A stretch of DNA of 64,000 nucleotides from positions 10,788,001-10,852,000 of the forward strand of contig JBHGNT010000013.1 of the NCBI GenBank assembly GCA_043228905.1, in the 5' to 3' direction. Under the pieces are notes generated by a model. That model did no database searches. It worked only from the letters and a program-made list of their open reading frames with translations, and had not been told where the DNA came from. Of the stretch, positions 27,401 through 39,093 are shown piece by piece; positions within the stretch are counted from its first letter, which is position 1; the number at the start of each line of letters is the position of its first letter. Source of the DNA: Azolla caroliniana. Lineage: Eukaryota; Plantae; Polypodiophyta. The position numbers and the translations under genes were made by a program.

Positions 27401-30400
27401 GCAATAGACAATGATAAGATGTAAATCAAATCAGTAAACGAAACAGTATTCATCTCTTATCAGATACATATAGTAGCTCTAATTATTCGGAATGTAAATT
27501 GAAATTATCAATGCTCAGTTCTGATTTTGAACCAATTAACAAAGAAAGAATAGAAAAAGTTCTGTTGTGAACAAAAAACAATGAAGAACATAAATAAATG
27601 TTTACATCGAGATTAATTACTCATCTTTTCCTAATTTCATTGTCTAGGCCAAAGACCAAGAGTGACTGAACTTAGAGATAGCAACATTCAAAAATACGAA
27701 TGCTCAGGGTAAAACCACTCCATTCTATTCCTGAGAATACTAACCACAGTCGTCAATGCATACATACATGGCAGAGCCACACAAAATAATTGGTATGATG
27801 AGGAATGTCATGATACACGGGCACACTTGCAATGAGAAGTGAGTCAGGGGATTTGCACACATAAACAAGCAAGAGTGACCTTCCAAAGCCTTGTGATAGA
27901 GAAGAAGATATCATACTTGGATAAATTTTATGAAGACATGAATAGGTTGTCTAATGAGGGCAACCTAGAAAAGGCTTGGACAAGAAAGTAAAAGAGCATA
28001 TGGAAACCTTTTAACGAGAAGCAGCTTAGTACACAGCTGACCTCACCTCAAGGTTCGCAGGAATATGTAAATGTGGTACCTGTCATTCTCGAGCAGCCCC
28101 CCTCTGCCCACATTGCTCACACCCACATGAATCTACCTTTTTTACTCCATAAACAATGAGAAATGCCCTTGATTGGTTACAATTCAGAAAGGCTCAATAT
28201 CATAATGGATTAATAGGTTGTTCCAATTACAGAAAACAGGCTAACCACCCAAATAGAGAAACATCACTAACTTCATGTCCACAGCTCTGTCACTCAGACC
28301 TTAATACAAAATAGAACAGACCAATAGGAGAAGCCCTGATATCCAATGGATTGGAGAGATTCAAGGTACTCAAGATTGGAATATATGTCTTCAAAGCAGG
28401 TAGAAGAACAGGGAAATACTCACTGATAGCTTGGATTGTGCACACTTGGAAATAACCAAATAGTGATTGTGGCACTACAATCCGGGCTGAGATAAAGCAG
28501 CCCTAATGGTGAACAATGCACTATTCAGATCAGTGAAATCGAGTAATTTCGCCAGTTCTTTTAATCAAGTTATATCTATTTTGGTTCACTTTCTGAATGG
28601 AGATAATAGAACAACGCAAACATATTGAAGATTCAAAGAATTCATGTAACTAGAAGCAAAAGTTTCATCCAGTAACGACCTAAATAAGGAATGCACTGTT
28701 ACAGTTACCTGTTGAGAATAATCCTTCGTCTCTACAGGATTGTCATTATATTGGTTACCCTTATTCTCTTGATGACCTTGCCACTGTTTCAGCCTTGTGA
28801 CTTCACCCTGTCAATTTGTCAACCATTATTTGCTTTCCTTGTCAGCTTTTTAATGAATATTGGATCAAATAGGCATGCATTTCAACCTAAATTGCATTAT
28901 TTTAAACCTACCCAAAGCAAAATGCTGTCCAGTAGTTTCTAATTAGATCAAAATAGCTACATTAAACATTATATTGAATTAATACATACAGATTAAATGT
29001 TCCTAATCCCTAGGAAGCACAGTTCAGATACTCAATCCCTGAGTACCCTTCACCAAAGATCGTGGTAGCAGGGATGGGAATAATACACAGACTGCAATTA
29101 CAATTAGTATTAGCTGGATCGAATATGACCATTCGGCTACAGAAACATAACGGGATTCGGCGGATACACACACACTCCGAATCGGCTAACAATCAACAGT
29201 CCAAATCGGCTACACCACTGATCGGTTAAAAATCACACATTAATTCTCAGAATGGTTAAGAACACACAAAGATCAGTAACAATAGGGTACTGTATGCACA
29301 AAACTCGTATATATATTACTCTTCATCTACAGACAAATTTATACAAGATCCATGCCCCTTTTTATAGGTAAGCATGGGATGATACAATGCTGGATCAAAT
29401 CGGCACATACTTCTGGATCATGATCTAATCTAAAATGTCACTTTTAATAATTTAATTACAATAATATATTGGCTTTATTGGCTTCACACCCCTAGCCAGT
29501 CTGTCCGATTCGGCTCATCCAAATCTACTTCGGTTCCTTTCACACTCTAGCCGGCTATAGCCGTTCTGGCCTCACTCCACGTCAGCTTCCCGTTTCTAAG
29601 GGTAACATTAAACAACCTTTTTCCAAAAGCCCAAGGTGCATTCCAGATTGAGAATTTAGAAGTTATGCAAATATAAGTAAACATCAAAGCATTGTAGTCA
29701 TGCAGATTCTCTACAAACCGAATTTAGAGCATTCTCCAAAAGAAATCTCAACAATGGCAGGGAAGGCTGACAGGAGATTGTGGGTAATACTATTAAATAG
29801 AATAGAATTGCTTTTAGGGCGCATGAGATATCCTATATTTTATTAGAATAGTCTAATTAGAGCGACCTGGAGCAAGGCAATGGTGAAGTATACCGAGCAT
29901 CTCAGAGTCCTTGGGCAGCTCGGGGCTAACAATGATCTCCATGATCTGGTGCCGGTATGCCCCTCATGCCTTGTATCCTGGTACTTGTGACATTTCTCTG
30001 ATCAATTAACAATGACTCCTCAGAATGTTATTGGTAAAGTCTCTGGCCTATGGATTAAGTAAAGGATTTGTGACTGTGTCTACATTCTATATTCTAATAT
30101 TACAGCTGGTTTCCTCTGCTTTTGAAGCTCCTGCAAGACTATGCCAAATTTACATGGGTCAGCCAGTTCCATCAGTGGGTGTATTTCTCAGCAAAGAATG
30201 TGGCATACTCCTATCTGGTGTAGCTCATTCATGAGAATTTACAACATTTCACCTTTTTCTAGTCTCCAATTCTTTTCTCTTCTAGCTATACCTCTAGGAG
30301 AGCATTCTTCTTGATTCTTCCTTGAGGTTGATTCTCACTTTTAACAGTTTTCAACACTCCTCTTTTTTGTCTCTAATTCCTTTTCCTTCTAGGAGAATGC

Positions 30401-33400
30401 TCATGGGCTGATCCACTAATGTTCCACCTCTCCTAGATTTTATACATTATACTCGTATATATATTTGTATTTTGATCATACCCAAGACACATAGGGAAAC
30501 GGTATACCTTGTTGTATTTGTCAGATTTCTATCAATTTCACATGATTTATCTTTTGGTTGCATAGATCATTTTGTCATGTGCAAACAATTATATTATTGT
30601 GTTGATTGATTAAGTTATGGACTGAAGAATCAAACATGGGAACTTAATGAGAATCTCACTAATGCTAAAGACTCCTCACCAAATGAGCGAGATAATGTTA
30701 TGAGCATATACAAATGCTCTAAAAGCATGATAGAGATTTGAACCCTTCTCCTTTCTAATTCTTGTTCTTGTTTAAAATTCACTCAGAACTCTTTCTTACT
30801 CTTCTGTTTAATGAGAATCTCACTAATGCTAAAGACTCCTCACCAAATGAGCGAGATAATGTTATGAGCATATACAAATGCTCTAAAAGCATGATAGAGA
30901 TTTGAACCCTTCTCCTTTCTAATTCTTGTTCTTGTTTAAAATTCACTCAGAACTCTTTCTTACTCTTCTGTTTAATGATTCATCAGATGGTGAATATAAC
31001 TACTGAAAATCTAGGATTTTCAGATACTGGTAAAGGGTTTTGGAAAGACCTTTCATGATGTATGCAAGAGCGCAAGAGGAATCAATGGCATTCCCTCACA
31101 AAGTAACTCAAGGGGGCAGCTTCTTCTTGGCTCCCAAAGAGGTTTACACCATCCAGGAACCCTCTTCGTCCATTTCAGTAACAAACAATACCATTACTGA
31201 AGAAGGCACCCAAATAACCTCTAGTATTCTTAGTAAAACAAGTGGACCTATCCGAATTGAAAGGAGCCAAAATAGTACTGAAATAAGAATCCTCCCTGCG
31301 ATATTTTTATACTCCAGAAGGATAGTGAACTGTGTAGTTTCCTCACAGTAATGGCATTGCTAGTGATTCATATATGGATACAAAACATCCCAACTAGAAA
31401 GAGAAAGAATGTGATTCATTATCTGATCTCGTGATAATTGACTTTCCGAAAAACCCACCAGAAAAAAGAATGTTTGTCACCGCAAAGTCCTATTAGCACA
31501 AATTCTCCAAAAACTCAATGAATAGAAAATTCTAGTAAAGGGTTCAAACTTGTTTCTCAAAATAATCACAAATAATGGTCGTGGCAGCTACTGCTAAAAC
31601 AGTGTCTTCTAGAGGAAGACAACTATATTAACACCTTTTAAGTGGCCAAAATGGCCTATGAGACTGAAAAAGAAATTAAATCATATCTCATTTTTGAAAA
31701 CAACAAACCAAAATAAACAGAAGTAAATAGTGTAATAAAGATTAAATTGAAACTTTTGCCTTCAACAAACCTTCAAAATGGGCCATTACAATATGGAGAG
31801 ATCTCTAAAGGAAGGGAAACATCTTCAGTGTTGAGACAATATTGGAATTTGTTTATCTATGAAATTAGAGAGATTGAAACGTGTACTAAAGAATCCAGTT
31901 ATCTAAGCACTTAAGATTATGGACTCAGATAATTTGAAACTTTTGCCTCCAAACAATCGTCCGCAAGGGCCACTACAAAATGGCGAGACCTCCAAAGCTG
32001 CCGGTTGATAATGTGCTTTATTTGCTGATGACAAGAGTGACAAGGTCATGGTCTAGATGTTTGTGGCCTGTGTGCACAACATATTGCTGTTACCTAATCT
32101 ATGATAACCCATTCGAACATCTTAGTCAAGACCCCATTTATGTAACCCTTAATTGGTTGTAACAAAACCTGTCTTTCAACTTTACTCTTAAGGTGCAGCT
32201 CCAAACTGGGCAACAGATGAAATTCAGAATGTTTGGTTCTTAGTTTCCCTTCATTAGTTTTACTTTATCAGTCAATAAGAATACAAGAAAGTTGAACCTA
32301 CAGCTAACATGTTTGTTAGAGCAATTCAATACTGCTGTCTTTGTAAATACATACTTTTTGAAGTCTTTTGCACACTAAACCAACTGCTCAAAAAAAAGCC
32401 CAGTTAATTCACATGATATTCAAAGATTGAACAAGAGATTTCTTCATAGAATCAGATAGATATCGAGAAAATGCCATATAGTGAAGTTATAAGCTCGTAA
32501 AATTGACAGCAATACATGAATTAAAGAACATTAGACTATGATAGTATTTTATCTTACATCTAATAAGTGAAGTGAATGCCACATCAAGATCACTGAAAGT
32601 ATTGCGCAAATGTGGAAACGGCATAATAAATTACCTGCAGTTCTAAATTTTCCTTTTCCCGGTCTTTCACCAACAACTTCAACTGTTCTACTTTCTCATC
32701 CTTTACAAGAAGAGTCGGCTCAAACTCTTTCCGAACTTCAGTTCTGATGTTATTTCTGGCATTGTCCAACTCCACTGCTTGTTCAGCTAGCTTGTGATGA
32801 AGTTTGGAAATCTCCATCGCCATCTGATTTTTAAAAGCTTTGTATGTCTAATCATGTAACATTGGAAACCTTCTGACATGAACTATCAAATTTATTCATG
32901 AAATGAATAAGTAAATGAACTAGAAATCTCATATTCGAATTGCAGAATGAATTAGTTTTCTTTCAAGTCTAAATAGCCTGAGTATACCATAAACGAAATA
33001 GTTAGTTTAGTACATATTCTAAAAAGGCTTCAAGGACCTAGTTTCATGAATAGTTGAATGAACAGAATAAATATAGAATGAAGTGACATTTACCCTCTGA
33101 TTTTCTGCTTTCATCTGTCTATTATTCATGTCAGCCTCCTCCAACATTTTCTGATTTCCTGAAAAATAACACCAAACATTATCACCGTGCTGTTATGACA
33201 ATTATATGAAAAGAATGAGATACATACGCTGAAGTTGGCCTCTGGCATTTGAAGAACCTTTTTTTTGTTTTTCCAATGCCTCTTTTAAAGTGTGAATTTC
33301 AGCCAAGGCCTTCTCATAAGCATCTTGAAGTGATGAGTAGGCTACTTTATTATCTGAAATCTGTCTTAACAGATCCTGCAATAGATACGGTGATACGGCA

Positions 33401-35321
33401 TATTACATCCAAGAATTATAAGATGCGAACCATTCTTAAAGATTTTAGGAGACTGCTGAAATTAGTGATGGCACAGGATCAAGAATGAAAATGAAGCTCA
33501 AACCATACTTTTTCTCTAGCTTGTAGCTTTCTGTTCTCTACTTGGTACTCTCTCATTTTTGTGGGAGGACCATTGAGGATTGAAATGCTACTTTCCTTTC
33601 CATTCTGCAAAATTTGGTCCCCCTGCACAACCCTTAAGATTATTAAATATGTACCTTCAAATAAAAGCAATTTATAACAAACAAAAAAATACAATAAAAT
33701 GATAATGTCTCTAGAAGGCAATCTCTTGTTAGGTCGTACAGGCCTGTTTGACCTCTTAAAAGATGTTAACCTCTCTCTCGAACTAAATTGTGGCTATTTA
33801 TACACTTGTCATGTGACTCTTCTCTATGTAGTGGAAACCTAGGGACCAAGTCTTAACAAGGCAAATAGCTAGAAAGGAGAAAATCATCAGTGCCCCATTA
33901 TATAATCTGGGTGGAGATAGAATCAGCCCCAATAATCACTGAAGCATTATTCCAATCAGTGACCAGTATCCAAAAGTTGTGCGAGTTCCCTAGTACTCAA
34001 GGTTGGCATTTATGTCATCAAAACAACTTGCTGAACATGGAGATAATCATTGTTGGTATGCTGAAATACAGATGCTTCAAATCGCATGGCATAGCATAAA
34101 TGCACTTCCCCCATTCCAATATATCTTGGATTGTCCCCATGTAAACATAACCAATGTGAAAAGGAATAGAGTGATCTGAACTATCAACTTGGATAACATA
34201 ACATCATGGATCAGCCCCACAACATCTCTCGGTAGGAAAATGGCCCACTATAAGGCACACTATTTACACACACTAGAGGATGGATTCATCATCTGTCCCT
34301 TGGAAATACATATGCAGCTGGAGACCTCTTCACATCAGTTAGAGATTGAAGTAGGCAGATCTGCACACATGCCTCTAGAAGAAAGAATTTGCCAAATGTC
34401 TCATCAGGGCATAGAAACTAAAGAGCACTATGTCAAACACTACTGTTTTCTATGAAATAATAGGGAGATGCCATTGTCTCTTTAGCAAGGATTTGGACCA
34501 CAACACAAGGTAATGGAATATGACGAACAACGCCTAGGGCTATTCTTGCTAGAACTCAATAGATATAGGGAGAAGTTGTGGCTGGACAACAATACAACTA
34601 CACAAGCTCATGAAGAAAGAACAATAATAACTTTCTTTAGCCTCATCACTCCTACTCATGCTATAAGTCAATCAACGGCTACAGAAGTGGGCTAATGACT
34701 AAGACATCACAAAGGTGTCACAACAAACTAGGAAATATCAATTTATCGTGCATGTAGACCCGACCTCGTGGACTATAATCTCACAACCCTTGTCATCAAC
34801 AAATTGTTGAATATGGGATCGGTCACAACCAATTACCAAGCACAAACGAGAAAGACAAAACTGAAATAACAGAAGATGATGCACTGACACAGAGACACAA
34901 GATATTAACATGAAAACCCTGAAATGGGAAAAACCACGGGAGCCCACAGACTCCGAACAGAAGCACTATATCGAGAGGAATACACTAAGAGACTCTGAGG
35001 CGACAACCTCAAGCTTTTCTTTGTCTACAGACGGTTACAGTGTTACAAATCACTCACTAGTTACACACTAATGCATACTAATGATTCATCACCCATAATG
35101 ATTTGCCCTAAGTGTATTTATACTCATACACAATATGGGCTATTTCCAAATATAGCCCCGAGTCGGCTTCGGCTGATTTGGCAAATAGCCGAATCGATTA
35201 TTACTCCAATTCGGCCTCAACTGAATTGGGAATCGGTCGATTTTTCAGCCTCGGCCAAGTTCCAGTCGACCGATTCAGCATTTGTCTCATGGGCCAATTT
35301 TGGCCTTAGAAGACGTTAATA

Positions 35322-35354
<33 letters not shown>

Positions 35355-37860
35355 CCATCTGGAGGGACCAGTTTTCCCAACACAAATTAAGGCCATTATC
35401 TCCCAGCACCATAGGTGCTTTCCATCGTTTCAAATTAGAAATCAATTCGACTAGATTTATTTTTTGGTCTTTTTGGGAACCTGAAGAATTGAAAATGCTT
35501 GTTCTTTCTGTCGGGGCGATAGTTTTGGAATGATAGTTTTCCCATTTTTTCCTTTGTTTCGGCCGGAAAAAATGAAAATGAAGGAAAAGAAAAGATTAAA
35601 TTTTTTCAGGAAGGATGAGTCACTTCTAAGAAAGAATCTATTAATCGGAGGGTCTCCCCCGCCTCCGTGGCAATCTAACCCGGAGGCGGATTCCCTGCGG
35701 GTTCTAATGAGACCTTTTGAAGACTTGAGTATAGATAACATAGCTATTTGGTCACTTTTACTTTTATTTACTTGGTTAGATTTTTTTTATTTCTTGTTCT
35801 CAAACACTAGGCAACATTTCATACCGTAATCTCATGTTTGGCCTTATAGGTCATTTTGGCCACTTAAAAGACATTAATATATATTTCTTTCTCTCACTTG
35901 CTCACACCAACTACTACTTGTCTGATAAGGATCAAAGCATTGGTGCCCAATGATATAATCCGAGCGGAGATGAGAGCAGCCCCAATAATGATTGAGGCAT
36001 TATTACAATCAATGACCAATATCCAACAGCGTTGGTAGCTCCCTAAATGAAGGTACTCAAGGTTGGCACTTATGTCATCAAAACAATTGCTGAACATGAA
36101 GAAATTCATTGCCAGTATGCTGAAATGCAAGAATGGTTTGAGTCACATCCCATAAGCATAAATGCACTACCCCCATTAAAATATCGCTTGGATTGTCTCC
36201 ATCTTAACATAACCAAAGTGGAAAAGGATACATTGATCAGAACTAATTATCAACTCTGAAAACAAAAAACATGGATCGGACACACATCTCTTGGTAGGAA
36301 GATGGCCCACTATAAGACACTATTTTTTATATGGACATACATCTATCCTATGCAATGGGCAGTACGATAGGGCAGTTGCAAATTTATCCGCATCAGCTAG
36401 AGATTGAGATAGGCAGATATGCAGATATACACAAAAATGCCTTTAGAAGAAAGAATTTGTCGATTATGTCATCAAGGAGTGGAATCTGAAGAACACTAGG
36501 TTTGTCATTGTACTATTTTTTATGATTTCTTGCTTTGATTTGTTTGCATAATCTATAGCCACTTGCACATTCAAAATATTATGAAGGGTTTCTCTGCTTA
36601 CTATAAATTCACACTGTTTCAGGTCGACAATGCAAGGTAACTTTCCAAAATGTCAGGAAAATGAACAAGAGAAACTGCACATATCGGAGCAAGGGCATGA
36701 GCAAAAAATCAGATGAGAGAATTGAGAAGGAGAGTGGAAGACCAGTAGATCAAATGAGAAGTAGACAAATGATAAAGCAATGGTTAGCAAGATAGCAAAA
36801 CAAAGATTCATTTGTGAGCATGAATAACGATCTTTCCTAAAAATAAAGAATATATGTGTGACCATGAACTATGCTTTTTCCTAAATGAATAGAACCTATG
36901 AGAGAGATGAACTATGCTTTTTTCTGAACATAGAGGACCTATGTATGAGCATGAAACCATGCTTGTTCCTGAAAATAAAAACCTATGTGCAACCATGGCC
37001 TATGCTTTTTCATGAAAATAGAGAACCTATGTTTGATCATAACTATGCTTTTTTCCTAAAAATAAAGAATTTATGTGTGACTAGCAAGCAAACACAACTT
37101 TACCACACAAGTTGTACAGAACCCCCAAAATCCTACAAAAGAAAGATGCATGCATTGAATGTATCTACAACCAGCATTTTAATGAATGTCCAATGCACGC
37201 ATTAAGATACATGCCGTATGCAATTCTCCCTTAAAATCGTACTCAAAATCATGATTTGCAGTTGTCATCCATCTAGGATAATGATCCCTTAGATCCAACG
37301 AGAAAACATAAATTTTCTTCATAATTCCTGCAGTTTTGTGGTACTTTCTCATAATTTCCTAGCACATCATTTGTGTAAAGGAAATGTGACCACAATAATA
37401 TAAAACTCCTGTACAATCTCCTTAGGAGGTGTCGTATTTCCACATAATTTTGTACAGTTCCATGCATTGAAAGGAAACACAACCACAAATATGTAGATTC
37501 CATTCCGATTTCCTATAAATTTTTCATAGTTCCTATATTTCATAGAATGTAGATAGAAGAGAATCATCCAGATTTACAATGAGATTTTTAAATTTGATAA
37601 TGATCCCTTAGAACCATGTCACATAGAATCCAAATAATAATGCCATGACAAATGAGAAAGAAACTGCTCTCAGATCTGATAAAAATTACCTGAGAGTGAT
37701 GCGTGTAAGGAGGATGTATCCTCCTCTGGCGATGGGAAGAATCTTCCAATCCATCTGTGGATAGCTCCGATCCACCTGGTTCTAGTTCTTCTGCAGCATC
37801 GAGCACATCTGCAGTGATCTGAGAGAGGCTCTCCTTGAAGTTCTCTATAGTGCTCCACAT
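20226..37860 (-). CDS. Golgin candidate 3/4-like coiled-coil protein with C-terminal GRAB domain (GMAP-210/Rud3 family)
   Basis: N-terminus MWSTIENFKESLSQITADVLD (exon 37690-37860). Coiled-coil exons at ~33509-33622, 33094-33158, 32635-32850, 28709-28800, 27239-27380, 24709-25005, 24570-24635, 21353-21555. GRAB region VDRRIVIKLLVTYFQR/EVLDLMARMLGFSDEEK, then SFSDLWIDFLLKE and EFSVVPL to the stop at 20226. The internal exon set may be incomplete. Confidence 0.9.
22400..22700 (+). mobile_element. Degenerate RTEX-like LINE fragment in golgin intron
   Basis: Remnant matching the ...H.L.I..G....P...RIC.LC...PESE..Y motif of the better copy at 44770-45100. Confidence 0.5.
28998..29607 (-). mobile_element. 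Solo LTR in golgin intron
   Basis: TGTT...AACA termini with a perfect 5-bp TSD TTAAA (28993-28997 and 29608-29612); TATA-like CTATAAAAAGGGG on the minus strand. Confidence 0.85.
30560..30978 (+). mobile_element. Chromovirus chromodomain/3' LTR remnant containing a 164-bp tandem duplication
   Basis: LYYCVD*LSYGLKNQTWELNENLTNA aligns to the chromodomain of the intact element; unit 30644-30807 is repeated at 30808-30971. Confidence 0.75.
33880..35356 (+). mobile_element. RTEX-like LINE 3' portion with (TTTC)n tail, carrying a Copia-type LTR at ~34805-35280
   Basis: PIITEALFQS, SSHQLEIEVGRSAHMPLEERIC. The 3' end 35281-35356 is the near reverse complement of 44112-44180. The inserted piece has GAAAACCC...GGGAAAAACCACGGGAG, as in Tork-type LTRs. 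Confidence 0.7.
35940..36520 (+). mobile_element. RTEX-like LINE fragment
   Basis: WFESHPISINALPPLKY, HQLEIEIGR, PLEERICRLCHQGVESEEH. Confidence 0.75.
36819..37082. repeat. ~43-bp minisatellite in golgin intron 1
   Basis: About 6 copies of CATGAACTATGCTTTTTCCTAAAAATAAAGAACCTATGTGTGAC-like units. Confidence 0.8.
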
Positions 37861-39093
37861 AATAACTCCTTTTCTTTCCCGAGATTTATTCCGTGTGCGC
37901 GTATGTGCTGCAGAAGAAGAAGAAGAAGAAGAGAGTGGAGCTCCCCTTCGAGCCGTCTGGATTGGTCTCAGTCACATTTTCTGAAGAAAAAACATTGTTT
38001 TAAACCATTTCTGAATGTACGTATGGAAACGAGGAAACCTTCACATTCGGCCCATTCATTCATTCATTTGCCTTCTCTCTCTTCTTCTTCTTCTTCTTCT
38101 TCTCTTTACAATGAAAATGTTACTCACTAACTAACATATGCATCGAATGGCATCAATAATGTACTTCATCACCTACATGAAAAATCGCCTTTTTCTCCGA
38201 TCTTTTTGAGAGCTAAAGAAGTCATCACATTTGCACCCTCTCTCTCCACCATTACTTACGGATGCCCATTCTCATTGACTCTCTTTGGTTCTTGCATTTA
38301 TGGATTCGAACAAATGGTCGGCGAGTTTGTAAAGCAAGAAGACATTGATGAAGACATCATCTAGTTACCATAGTTTCATTATAGACGATGCCCAAAAGGT
38401 TGTAAGTGTAATGAAAAACTTTTGTATTGATAGTCGGTTTGTGGCGGCCATTGAGATTATGATGATGGGGACAAGTTGGAGGGGAGTGATGAGAGGGGAA
38501 AGAGGGACACTGAGAAGGGCAGGGAGTATGCAATGAGAAGAGAGAAACAATGATGGTTGAATCGATGCATTCAATTGTGAGGTCGATGGGAGCCATAGAG
38601 GTGATGGTGACAATGGTTACTACTACGTCACTTGATGAAGGGATGAAAACAACGATAATGGTAGTGACAAGAGTGGGAGACAAAGTCGTGGTTGTTAGAA
38701 AGATACCTCTATATACCTTGAGTCATTTCATTAAGACAATTTTGGTGAGAAGTATGTGGTAGCAAGTAGGTGAAAGGAGAAGAAGCAATGTGGGTGGTGG
38801 TGTCACAAAAATACATGCACCCGTGTGAAATGTGGACTTGAATTAGATGGGACGGAGTGGAAGTTGTCGATTTTGATATTCAAAAGTTATTTTACTTCTT
38901 CGTAACTCATTATTATATCTATAAATACATTTGTATTATTGTGAATGTGTGTGTGTGTGGCTCGTTTCTATTTGCAACCAAATCATAATTAGGCCTGGTG
39001 AGGAAATCGCAGACATGGACGTTGCAGGACACGTTTTGAATGGCGTGTGTGATCTGCACCAATCAATCTCTATCCACGAAAAGTGCGCGCCTA

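Noticed and set aside
31745-31997. Imperfect ~65-bp direct repeat about 186 bp apart
   Set aside because: Old local intronic duplication with no termini or TSD.
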